A stretch of DNA of 64,000 nt from Blastocystis sp. Blastoise (lineage: Eukaryota; Protista; Bigyra: Opalinata). The stretch spans positions 1,054,001 to 1,118,000 of the forward strand of contig JBBPEB010000003.1 in the NCBI GenBank assembly GCA_039096225.1, given 5' to 3'. Position numbers and translations under genes: made by a program. Positions 42,823 through 64,000 of the stretch are shown here, in pieces (position 1 is the first letter of the stretch; each line of letters begins with the position of its first letter). The notes under the pieces are model-generated. The model was not told where the DNA came from. It did no database searches and saw nothing but the letters and a program-made list of their open reading frames with translations.

Positions 42823-45169
42823 TAATATATATATATATATATATATATTATATACATGCATAGTCTCAACATTAAAATATGCGAATTGTTGCATATATAA
42901 TATAAGTTTTTCAACAGTTAATTGAGATAGAGGTTTTTGATCAATCTATTTATTAAATTATATATATATATTTATGATATATCATAGAGAAAATAATATA
43001 TATATATATATACATCGTTAGAGAACGATGATAAGAAATTCGATGAATTCAAAATTTTCTATATATGTAGTTATTAAATATATTATTATATTGATAAATT
43101 AGTTTTAGTTTTTAAAAAATAAGAATTTTATAAAATATCAATTATAAATATATACATCAACAATGGGAATATACTGTGAAAATAATTCTTTAACACTTTC
43201 TGGTGTTAGGTCATAATAGCAATCTATTATTAATAATATTAATTAATATTATTTATTATATTTATTATTATTATTTATATATACCTTGATCATCAAAAAT
43301 AGGAATATACATATTATAAAGAGAATTACATTGAGGACATGTATATATGTGAGTATCTACCTATATAATATATATATTATTATTTGTTTTATTTATTTCT
43401 AATAAAAACAATAATATAATAAAGTAATTATTAATATATATATATATACTCTATTAATATCAAGTGATGAGTTTATTTTAAATAAACAATTATAATGAAC
43501 AGGATGATTACATGACTATATATATATAATTTTTATAATATTATCATGTAAAAACATTATATATATAATATAATAAACTTATATACTTGTATACAATACT
43601 GATGATGTTCTTCGAATGTTATATCAAAATGAGTAGCATAAAATAATGCTTGATAAATCGTTCGAAATGAATTAATAGAAGATATAGGATCTATATATTA
43701 TATATATATATATATATAATTATATATATACTTTCATTATTCTTTATTATACGCTCTATAATTGATTGATAGGATTGATTATCTATATATAATAAAAAAA
43801 TAATAATCTATTAATATAATATTATTATACAATTAATGATAAAAGATTAATTTATAATATAATTTATATATATAATATATAATATTACAGATTATATATA
43901 TACATCTTCTATTATCTATATTTAAATAAATTGGCAATATAAAAAACCCACCTTCATGTTGTTTACATATTGAACATATTAATGAATCTATTTATATAGA
44001 TATATAATTAAAAATATAAAAATACCATCATATTTTGTTATACACGAATCCATCTATATTACAAAATAAATTATTAAATATATATAATAATATATATACT
44101 TTAGTATCATTATTATTTGATGGCTCAATTCCGTTTATGATTTCTTCATTTCTATATTATGTTATATATATAGCATAAAAAAAAATATATATATATATAT
44201 ATACCTTAATAATGATTGAATGAAATCTATAAGAAAATGAATAAATTGACTTAAATAATTAGGCATTTCAATGATTTCTATCGATTGTATGAACTATTTA
44301 TTATATATATATATTTTATTAATATTAATATTATATATATATATACTCCTAAAATAGTTTCTAAAACAGAGTTATCATAATTTGAAGTTTCATCTATTAA
44401 ATATATATATATAACAATATTTATATATATACTAATTAAATAGATATAAGTTGCATGTAATAATAATAATAGCAACGAAGGATCTGATATATAATTTGTC
44501 CATTCTTGAAGACAATTAAATAAAAAATGATAATAAGAAGAATGTTTTGATATATATCTATATATATATAAATGAAATAGAATACTATAAACGAAATTAC
44601 TTTGATAAACTATTTCTTTTTGGAATATATGTTTGATTATCATCATTATCCTTAGATAAAAACTATAAATATATATATATATATATGATTCAATTAATCA
44701 TATATATATATATATACATTATAGCAAAATGTTGGATCACAGAATAGTAGTTGAAATATATATATGTTTGTTTCTGATACTTTATCATAGTCACTTATCA
44801 TTTCTATATATATTCATATATATATGTATACATATAGAAAAAGAAAAAAAGCACATATTAAATAATAAATGATATATAAATATACTATTATATTCACTTT
44901 TTGTTGTTTTCAATGGTTTATATGTTAATATATTATTAACCTATATATATAAAATGCTATTTCTCACTAAATCAATAGAACACTAAATATATTTTATTAT
45001 ATAATTAAATAATTATATATATATAACTATATAACTATAACTATATATATACAGAAGGGGCTACAGGAACAGGAATAGTAACTTTATTATTTAATAATGA
45101 AACAAGATTAATATTATCAAATGGACTATTTTCATCCAATAAAGATAATACACTCTTATTACATAATAT

Positions 45170-45208
<39 letters not shown>

Positions 45209-47479
45209 CATTAATAATATTATATATATATAATATAACTATATATATATAATAAAATTATATATATATAATATAGCTATATATATACATTATGATCAAG
45301 TGAATACAGACGATCACATTGAATGCATAATAATAAGTGTAAAATAAATGATAAATTAATACTATCAAAAGGAAATATATCTATAGATATATTTTGTATA
45401 TCAAATAATTGAATAGATTGTTCTATAGTATTTATTAATTGTTCTGATGTATTATAATATTCATTCTCTTCTAATAATATACATCCTTTATAAATAAACC
45501 AAAATAATATAGTAATAGGATCAGAGAAAGGAATTAATGATAAAGATGTCTATATATAATAATAGTTATACTAAATACTATAGTCTATATAATAAGACTA
45601 TATATACATATACATATGTATATATACCTGTATAAACATTCCATAATGGTCTAAAATTGATAATATATCATAATATAAATTATCAATATATAAACCTTTA
45701 TAATTACTTAGTGAATGTATATTGTCATCATAATTATATAAATATTTAATTAATATAAATTGACGTATACAAATACAGTATATGTAAAGTATATAATTAA
45801 AATCTATATCTAATGAAATTTTAGGAAAACAATTCATTATTCCAGTTCTATATATTAATATATATATTAGAAAATGTATAAATATATAAATATAAATATA
45901 TATATAAATATAAATATAAATATAAATATAAACAAATATATAAATATAAATATAAATATAAACAAATATATAAACAAATATATAAACATAAATATAAACA
46001 AATATATAATTATAAATATAAATATATACAATGATCTTGAGAGTAGACAAATTGAGAGATATAAATGATATTGATTAAAATCAATAGATTTAAATATATC
46101 ATTTATAGTATTTATAGAGATACACTGTTTAGTATAATTAAATAACGAATAAAATAATTTCTTACATTGTTCTTCATTTGATTTCTATATATATAATAGT
46201 AATATAAATCTATATGGAAAACTAATAATAATATCAATAATATACACTAATAAAGCCATCAATATCTTTTAATAATAATGAAATAAATGTTCTTATATTT
46301 TGATAGAATATTTCTGTAGGTATATTAGATTGTAATAATGAATAGAAAAAACATTCTTTAGTCGAAATATCTAAGAATGTTAATGACTATATAATAATAT
46401 ATATAACAATAATTCTTTAAATACAATAAAATATAATAAAAAAATATATACTTCAATTAATGAGCAATAATTCAAGATATAAATAGGAAATGAAGAAGAT
46501 TTATTAATAAGCGATTGGTTCATTAGAAATATATCATTATATGATTGTATTAACAAGGAAAATAAATATGAACATAAGGGTGTATTCTTTGGTATATATT
46601 TATCTATAAAAAATGAATATAATATTCTTTAAATATATATAGATTAAATACTTTTTTTAATTAGTAATAGATTATGAATTTGGCAAATAATATATGTTTT
46701 TATAGATAAAAATTGAAATAGATTTTCATTCATATCTTCTGTTTTATACATAATTTCATGTATTTCTTTTATATAAGGAATTTGAATAGAATTATATATG
46801 TCAAAAACAAGCATTTTATTTTGATTTGTAGTAAAAAGACTAAAGAAAAGAGCGAATGAAAAAAAACGATTTTGAAATAAGGATTCTGGTGAAGACATAT
46901 CTATATCTATATATATATATATATATATATAATAAAAATAAATTTAAAAAATATGTATAATAAAAATAAATTTAAAAAATATATATAATAAAAATCTTTA
47001 AATAATGTAAATATAAATATATTTAAATATACAGGTTTCTTTATCAAGATCTAATGAATAGAAATATAGTATAACAGGAAATAAAATATTTACAAGATCA
47101 ATAAATGATATATTTCGAAATAATACAAAGAAGAATTGAATCAATGTATACTATATATATATATATAAATAATATAATTTATATATATTAATAAACTTAA
47201 AAATAATAGTTATAACTATAATATAACAGAAATACTTGATAATTAATATTTTTACAATTAAAAGTTAATAATAAAACCATAAATAAATAAGGAACCTGTC
47301 GAATTAAATTCGTTATAAATATCATTTCATCATTAAATGGTGTTTGTCGAATAAATAGCAAAGAAGGAAATGATATTGTTTCTGTAAATAAATGTATAAT
47401 ATATTGTGCTAATGATATTGAAGAATCCATTAAAACTAATATTGAATTTATAATAGCTATTGATTTCTATATATATATA

Positions 47480-47578
<99 letters not shown>

Positions 47579-48270
47579 TATTATTATTATTATTATTATT
47601 ATGTTTATTATTATTGTTATTATTATTATTAATTATTATATATATATACTTGATCTCTAAATGGATCTTTTGATACTTTTATATAATAATATAACTCAAA
47701 AACACAAGAAATAATATAATGTTTATAATATTCCAATATTCTAAATAAGATTTAAGGATAAACGATTTATATAATATACTCTTCACTATTTTCTTGTTCT
47801 TGCTTTAAATCTAAATAAATACTCTTGTGATAAGTACACATAACTTCAGGATTTACAAGAATTATACCACAATCACAACTATTTCCTTCTTGCTGATTCA
47901 CTACTTTCTTATATTTATGATTCTATAACAATTATGATAATTATATTTATATTCTATACGATATGTTGCTCAGGATTCCAGCAATGTTCACAAATATGGG
48001 CAGATGGAACACTTGTGCATGTCGAGCATTGATAGGCAGTTTCTCCCACTGATATAAACGTAGAACAGAAATGCTTTAATGGTGGATCAACAGAAAAAAA
48101 CAAAGAAATATCTTTTGAACTACTGAATTTTTCGATGCATTGCTTGTTAAACTAATCACAATAAAAATAATCAAAAACTAAACAGAGTGACGACATACTA
48201 TTTCCAAATTGAAGAAAGGATCTTTTACTTTTCTGAAGAAATCAATAAGGATTTTCTCACACAACTGCAT
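38137..48270 (-). CDS. UBR-box / RING E3 ubiquitin ligase (N-recognin, UBR1/2/3 family)
   Basis: UBR zinc finger FCSTFISVGETAYQCSTC..ICEHCWNPEQH..HKY..SCDCG..CTYH near ATG 48270. RING pieces CSICK, SCNHPVHYNC, YTCPQCNSLYN. C-terminal CSIC..VCLSCGETIC..CHCSIFL. Many short exons, not all traced. Confidence 0.85.
45878..46028. repeat. (ATATAA)n-like intronic hexanucleotide repeat
   Basis: Direct reading; inside a UBR intron. Confidence 0.85.
47480..47601. repeat. (ATT)n microsatellite, intronic
   Basis: Direct reading; inside a UBR intron. Confidence 0.9.
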
Positions 48271-48638
48271 TTTTTAATTTACTAATAATTTATCGATGAT
48301 ATTTTTTTAAAAACTAATAAAAAGAATGAATAAAAAATTTATTTTTTAAGTTTTTTACAATTTTTTTTCAAAATATTTCATTTTTCATAATATATATACA
48401 TTTTTTATATATTTACAAAAAAAACGTAAGAATGTGTATATGAATTTTTTCATAAATAACATTATGGTATAAATCAATTAATTAAATTATTATTTTCTAG
48501 TATGTAGGTTGTTAAATTAATATACATGGGAATAGAAACTAGTTCTAAAACAGAATAGTATGTTAATTGGAATAAAAAAAAAAAAAAATTAATTAAAAAA
48601 CATTAAAAAAAGTGTTTAAAAATGCTACAATAAATAAA

Positions 48639-56339
<7,701 letters not shown>

Positions 56340-56765
56340 GTTGTGTTTTTGATGTTGACTTTAAATTAAATATGAAAAGCCGTGTATAGTTGTTTTGATA
56401 TTCTATTACTTTAAAATTAATACTTCGATAGTTGCTTACAAAAAAATCATTATTATTTTGAACACGCAATTGAATTTTGTTTATTTTTTGCAGTTAAACA
56501 ATAGTATTGACTGTCAAAACAAAATTATTATATTCTAATGATAATATTGGATATTAGTTTTAGCATAAATAAACGATATATATGTTTATTCTTAAAATGA
56601 GGATAATTACAACAAGAAAACAAATAGTATTATAAAAAAAAAAAATCTTTCATCATAGATTAATTTGTGAAACACGCAAAAAAAGATGAAAAAAAAAAAA
56701 GCAATACATATATTATACAAAATAAAAAACAACATATATATATATATATATATATATGATAAGAA

Positions 56766-58290
56766 TTACAAACAAGCTCGAATAACAAACATGGATTTAA
56801 TGCATATAATATGGTTATTTTCTGGATAGATTTTATCAAATAATTCACAGAATATAGGATATTCTTGGAATGGTGAATCTTCTTGTTTATATTGAAAAAC
56901 CATCGATTCATGACTTCCTCTGTAAACAATGCATAAAGTATTATTTCCTAATACTATAAATGCTCCAGGTTGAGTATATGTGAAGAATGAAGATTTTCTG
57001 GTATCATCAAGATTATAAAAATGAAATAATTGTTTTTCGCATTCATAAGTAAATAAGAAAACAGAAGTATCATTAATGTTCTTATTTTCTGGTTCATGAA
57101 TACACTCAGCAGTTGATTCTCTATTAGCCTTACACTCATAATCTATATGTATTAAATATTCATAAAAATTTTTTTTATATATTTTAAACAATTTATATAT
57201 ATAGACTAAAAAACTATATACAATAAGATTTTGGTTTACATTGTAAATGTTCTGTATAAAAGCCAAAATAGATTCCAGCATCTTTTTCATCTTTTTTTGT
57301 ATGAAATATTAATATATATGGCAAACCATCATATATATAAGGTTGAATATCTTTAACTGGATTGTTTTCTTGTTCATTAATTCTATAAAAATAGTATAGG
57401 TAACTCTTAATAAATTAAATATATATTTATATATTTTTTCAAATATAAATTAAAGAAAAAACAATAAATATAAAAAAAAAATTAAAAAATTGAAAAATAA
57501 TAACAATAATATTATTATACTCATGATAATATAATATAGACCAATTTGGCTCATATTGATGTTCATTAATTCTTTTAATAATATCACATATAAAAAAATA
57601 TGTATTATTTGTAGATAATATAGATAAAAAATGATCTCTGTTGTAATAAAGATTAGTTATATTATTCTTTGTATAGAGTGATATTCTTTCAAGTTGATTA
57701 TTGTTATTATTATTTTCTTGAGATATAGAAGAATGTTGTTCAGTCGATATATATTGTGATAGAGAAAAAATAGTAGTATTTGAAGAAGTAGATGTATTTA
57801 AAAGAGATTTATTAGAGTTATTATAAGATGATTGCTCATTAGAAGAAGATTGTGAAGAGGGAGTACACTTTGAAAAAGGCTCATGATTAACAAATAGGTC
57901 ATCTGTTATAGGTAAATCATAAAATGAATTCGAAGGATCTAAGTTAGTTAAATTATTATCTGAAATATGATTATCTGAAATATTATTATCTGAAATATGA
58001 TTATCTGAGATATTATTATCTGAAATATGATTATCTGAAATATGATTATCTGAAATATGATTATCTGAAATATGATTATCTGAAATATTATTATCTGAAA
58101 TATTATTATCTGAAATATTATTATCTGAGAGATTAATATTTGAGATATTATTATTATTATCTTCATTCTTTTTATTCTCTTCATTCTTTTTATTATCTTC
58201 ATTATCTTTATTATTATTATTATTATCTTCATTATCTTTATTATTATTATTATCTTCATTCTCTTTATTATTATTATTATCTTCATTATC

Positions 58291-58331
<41 letters not shown>

Positions 58332-59132
58332 CTTCATTCTCTTTATTATTATTATTATCTTCATTCTCTTTATTATCTTCATTTTCAGTATTATCTTCAT
58401 TATATCTATAAATATAATATATTATATATATATATATATATATAATACATATATATACAGTTTAATAAAATATTCTTTGGCATGCGTTTTTTCAATTTCA
58501 ATTTTTATATTATTATAAGCCCAATCGTCTTTTTGATTTAGTGGATCTTTAGGCTCTATTTTAATAAATTTACAATTCTTAATTTGTTCAATCTATAACA
58601 ACATAATACTTACTATTACTATCGTATAAATTTATATTTAATTAAATACAACACTATTACTTACATTTTCTTTAAAACTCGATTGTAATTCATTATCTAT
58701 CTATATATATGTATAATTTTAAAATATATTAGAAAAATAATACGTTATCATAATCATAAAATTCTTTGATGACACTCTCTTCATTTTTTTGTTGTTCATC
58801 ATATAAATTATGATATTGTCCATCCTAAATAATATATATATTAAATACTTAAATTATTTTTTTTATTTTGATTATTAATATTTTTATTATTATGATTATT
58901 ATGATTATTATGATTATTATATATATATATACATTTAATAATTGATAATAAAGTTGTGAAGGATAAGGTCGATTTCGATTCGTTTTAATACAATTTTCTA
59001 TAATACTCTTAATGCTTTCTAATAATAGCTTATTATCATCATAATTACTATAATTATTAATTTCTGTATCCAAAAAACTCATATCCAATTTATTTTCTTT
59101 TTTTACTTTCTAAAATATATAATAATTTATTC

Positions 59133-59188
<56 letters not shown>

Positions 59189-60300
59189 GTCTGGGTTATA
59201 AAAATATTCATCTGTACACTTAGATAAATGCATTTTCATAATGATATATAACGTCAAACCAAAAGGATACATATCATACTATATAATAATATTAATAAAT
59301 AATATTTTAAATAATAAATATAATATAATAAATAAAACTATAAATATAAATATAATAATACATTTAAACAGCATTCATAGTCTTCAACTGTATTTTCTGG
59401 TGATTCAAAACGATCTGTGTGGCCATGAACTTTTTCTTCACTCTTTGCATATTTAGAAATACCAAAATCAACTATATACAATTATGTGATTAGAAATAAT
59501 AAATAAATATATAATAAATATATATATGTATATTTACTTAATTTAAATCGGTCTTGATCTTCAAAATATACTATATTATCTGGCTTAAAATCCTAAATAT
59601 ATAATAATAATAAGTATAATAATAATATACACCCCAAATAACTTTTTGTTTTTCTAATGTATAAAGTGCTAATAGAATTTGAGTAATAAATTTCTTTATA
59701 AAATCAAAAGACCATTTTTGAATATTATAAAAAATTTCTTTGTTCTCATATTTATTACGAATATTATTAGCTTTTTCATTATATTTATTCAAAGCTATAT
59801 CTATACATACAAATTTTAATATATATATATATGTATATAAATATATACTATTTTTAATAATATCTCCTAATGAAATGTCACCCTTCTCCATATAAATCTA
59901 AAAGCAATAAAAAATAATAGAAAAATTATTCTTTAAAAAAAAAATAATAATTTACCGTTTTATCATGATATCCATAGAAATCAATAATATAAGGAGAATA
60001 GAGAATCGCTAGAAAAAATAGATCACGTTCGCATTGATTTGAGTGACATTCTTTAACGATGATATTCTTATTTATTTCTTCCAAATAAAAAAAACTAATT
60101 ATGTCTTTTTTATTTTGTTCTTCTCGTGCTTCTCGTTGTTCTAGTATTCCTAGTTCTTCTAGTTTTTCTACATCAAATATAAAGAATTATGATTACATAA
60201 ATATACCTAATTTTGGAGAATTATTTTCAAGATATGCTTTCACACAAGCAGTTGTCTTTAATACCTCTGAAACAGTATGCTTCTTTGAATCCTTACTCAT
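56766..60300 (-). CDS. Divergent protein kinase fused to C-terminal TLDc-like domain
   Basis: IIVKEC, IYMEKG, VIWGDFKPDN, IDFG, FESPE, YDMYPFGLTL. An 885-nt exon (58405-57521) leads in frame to FLSILS..WSILYY..PYILIF..IYFGFYT..VFLFTY. TAA 56766. Confidence 0.7.
57950..58130 (-). repeat. 15-nt coding tandem repeat (ISDNN/ISDNH, about 12 copies)
   Basis: TTATCTGAAATAT(G/T)A units on +; lies in the kinase-TLDc linker exon. Confidence 0.9.
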
Positions 60301-60754
60301 TTATATAAAATTATATGAAAAATGAACATAAATTTGATGCATACTGTTCTGAAAAATTATCTTGTTCAATTAAGATTTTGAATAAAAACTCAAAAATATT
60401 GCGATTATTTTCATTTTTTTGCTTAAATATTTAGAATAAAACAAAAATATTTTTTTGAAACTAGACTTCATAGAATTGAAGAAACAATTCCTTTTTTAAG
60501 CTATTATTCAAACTATCGGTGTTTTACTCAATAGGAATGTCATGTATTACATGAGATGAATAGAAATTCATTTTCTTTTTCTTAAAAAAGTAATCAAGTG
60601 ACTCATAAATAATAGGATCACATAAAAAAAACACAAAACATATATAAAGCACATATTATACAAAAAATAAATAAATTAAATAGACAAAAATAAATACGAA
60701 TAACGAATAAAAATGATAAAATGCATAAAAAAAGAGATGAAAAGATGTCTACAA

Positions 60755-61386
60755 TTACTCTGGTGATTTTTCTCCTAATCTAGTTTCAAACATCCATTTA
60801 TGGAATTGGTTTTTATTCTTTATTGAAGAAATTTCAGATCTTTGAATTGTAAAATCAATAAAAATATAGATCAGAATAAATCCAAAAAGCTATATATATA
60901 ATTATTATTATTATCATGTAAACAAAATGAAAAAAAAACTATTATTAAATATATATATGTACAACTAAATATAATAAAAAAGGCATTTTTGAAATGAATT
61001 CGATATCATATAAGCTTATCATTGTAATTTCATAATAAGTCAACTATATATTTATGAATTAAAAAAAAAATAGAAAAATAATAATTAATAATTAATATTT
61101 ACCATAATACAAAACATTATTGGTGAAAAGATGTTAAAGAAATGTGATAAATATTTGAATGATTTATAAATTGGCTATAGAAGAAAAATATATAAATTAT
61201 TTATTATTAATTATTATTATATATAATATATATACAATTGTATCATAACAATAAAATATAGTATTAAATGTTATAATAATAAATAAGAATAAATTCGTAT
61301 TTCCCTCTAAATTAAAATGTAAACTTTGATTTTCTTCAAGGAATAAATAGGATATAATCTATAAAAATATATTAAAAGTAAAAAAA

Positions 61387-61472
<86 letters not shown>

Positions 61473-62384
61473 CATTATTATTATATATATACATTTGGAT
61501 CAAATAAACTTGTTAATGTAATATTTTCATATTGATTACTTAATAATAAATAACATAAAAAGAAACATAATCCTATTAATACTATAATAAAATATAAAAC
61601 ACGAATAATGTGACGAAATATTGTTGTACAAAATGGATTCGTTTGATTTTTCTATATATATAATAATATTATTATACTTATTATAAGAATATTAATAGTA
61701 ATAACTATTTTTATTAATGATTATAAATAATAATAATATAATAATAATTATAAAGAATAAGTATCTTCAAAAATAAACATATCATAATTACTTTATCTAT
61801 TGGTTTATATTGAGGTGCGTCATATTCGAATTCTTTTTCTTCTTCTTCCAAATGATTAATTAGATATATAGATATAATATGAAATGGAAATATACATAAT
61901 AAATAATAGAAAATAGTACCAGCTATAGATAGTTATATTATATTATATTATATTATATTATATTATATTATATTATATTATATTATATTATATTATATTA
62001 TATTATATTATATTATATTATATTATATTATATTATATTATATTATATTATATTATATTATATTATATTATATTATATTATATATATATATATATACCAT
62101 TAAATAAAAGTGGCCAATTCATTAACCAATTGAATAATAATAAAAATAATAAATAAGAAGAAGAAGTACTTATATATAATAATGATTGAATACGTATTTT
62201 ATTTAAACGTTTTGCTTCTGTGAATAATGTATTTAAAATACAAAGAGGGGTTGAATGAGGGATCTGAAACGAACCTTAACGTATATACATATAAATAAAG
62301 ATTATAATTATTATATATATATACATTCACAAGAATTAATCATTTCAGAAAGAGCAAATATATCAGAAATATGTGTTGCATTAG

Positions 62385-62423
<39 letters not shown>

Positions 62424-62724
62424 CATGGATTTGATACAAATTGTAACATTGATATAGGAACTTGAATCTATATATATATATATATAGTTATATATAATAG
62501 TATACATTTCTAAATTGTTCATAATTTGTATATATATAGCCAGCACCAATTCCCGCGACTATTTCTCCATATTCATTCATAATTCTTGTCATTTCCAGTT
62601 TATTTAATGGATTACAATGGCAATATGAACTGACTAATAAAGGTACGTTATCGACATGTTCTAAATGATCACGAATTTGTGGAATACCGCGGGGAAGATC
62701 CTTTTCCCACCATTCTTTTTCTTC

Positions 62725-62816
<92 letters not shown>

Positions 62817-63025
62817 TAATGTTAAAAAGATTAATAAATACATATATATATATATATACCATTATCAATATTTTCTAGAGAAACACATACATTCCATCCA
62901 CTATATATACCCATTTTATTTAATAAAGGAACAGTATGTTTATAACTATATATCGAAAAATAAAAGAATCGAATGCAATGGGCTGATAAATCATCGATAA
63001 ATTGATTAATTCCTGGCTATATATA

Positions 63026-63081
<56 letters not shown>

Positions 63082-63086
63082 GTATA

Positions 63087-63184
<98 letters not shown>

Positions 63185-64000
63185 ATATATCATACCATGG
63201 GTGTATCATCAACAGAAATTAATGATATTAAAACAGATTGAGACAAAATTTCAAAAATATCATGAATATAAGGTATTTCTCTTTCTTTAAGATTATTTGT
63301 ATATATAAATAATTCATCGTTATCCGTTAATAAATCCTGTTCATGTATATTGGTGAACATAGATGTGTCATCGGAATACTGTTCAATTGTGTTTGGAGTA
63401 TATATCATTTGATTAGTAGACAAAGAATGAGTTAAACGATTCATTTTTGATTTCTGATTATTATTATTATTATCTTTATTATTATCCTTTTTATTATTAT
63501 TATTATTATTATCTTTATTATTATTATTATTATCTGAGATATTATTATCTCTATTATTGTTATTATTATTATCAATATCAATATCTTTCCATAAATTAAT
63601 AGTATGTATATCAATACTAGTATGTCCTAATATATAACTATTTGTATATTGTAATTTATTTTCTCTTGAAACTTGTATTAATTGATCATTCATATATGCT
63701 GTTATTGGTTCTATATGAGGAGTTATATATATATTAGGAACAAAAGGAAGCAAAAAATCCTATAAAAAATATATAAAGTTATAAATAATAAAAATAAGCA
63801 AATATATATATATATATATTAAAAAAGATTTATAACGAATAAAAAAATATAAAAATAATTTAATAATAATTATTATATATATATATACTGCATCACCATA
63901 GAAAAATGCTTCATATTTTTCTTCTTCTTTTGACACTTTTTTATTTTTAACAATAAATATAGTACAAACATGCGTTGCATACGTTATATCTTTAGGGGAT
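60755..64000 (-). CDS. TMEM94: TMEM94 (P-type-ATPase-like ER membrane protein), 3' part; start outside window
   Basis: [64 protein letters not shown] and terminal [10 protein letters not shown] match TMEM94 motifs. Confidence 0.88.
61934..62082. repeat. (TATAT)n pentanucleotide microsatellite, intronic
   Basis: Direct reading; inside a TMEM94 intron. Confidence 0.9.
63027..63180. repeat. (ATT)n microsatellite, intronic
   Basis: Direct reading; inside a TMEM94 intron. Confidence 0.9.

Noticed and set aside
57950-58130. CRISPR-like periodic repeat
   Set aside because: Head-to-tail 15-mers without unique spacers, in frame within an exon.

Overview
Extremely AT-rich, intron-dense eukaryotic nuclear DNA. 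The gene families (HRM plus putative-Ig surface protein, BTB-TLDc paralogs, multi-exon LRR-like gene) suggest a low-GC Blastocystis-like stramenopile; this is inference, not a database match. Manual splicing gives 17 protein-coding loci. The left ~13.6 kb looks accessory: an LRR-like gene, two BTB-TLDc paralogs (one with a TGA at a conserved Trp), a low-complexity orphan and long spacers. The remainder is compact: Tousled-like kinase, UVR-motif protein, ITFG2-like protein, membrane-anchored Hsp70, HRM/Ig surface protein, membrane protein, large Asn-rich protein, IWS1, NAA50-like GNAT, UBR-box E3 ligase, PH-Sec1/Munc18 fusion, kinase-TLDc fusion and TMEM94. The strongest signals are (i) introns whose ends are mutually complementary (AT)n tracts replacing the polypyrimidine tract, including introns that are almost only GT(AT)n, three of them with boundary anomalies; (ii) an LRR gene built from one-repeat, phase-1 symmetric exons; (iii) a phase-consistent PH-domain/SM-protein fusion; (iv) a kinase-TLDc fusion; (v) a tail-anchored Hsp70. 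No rRNA, tRNA, CRISPR array or transposase was recognised. Many entries in the ORF track are microsatellite or antisense artefacts.
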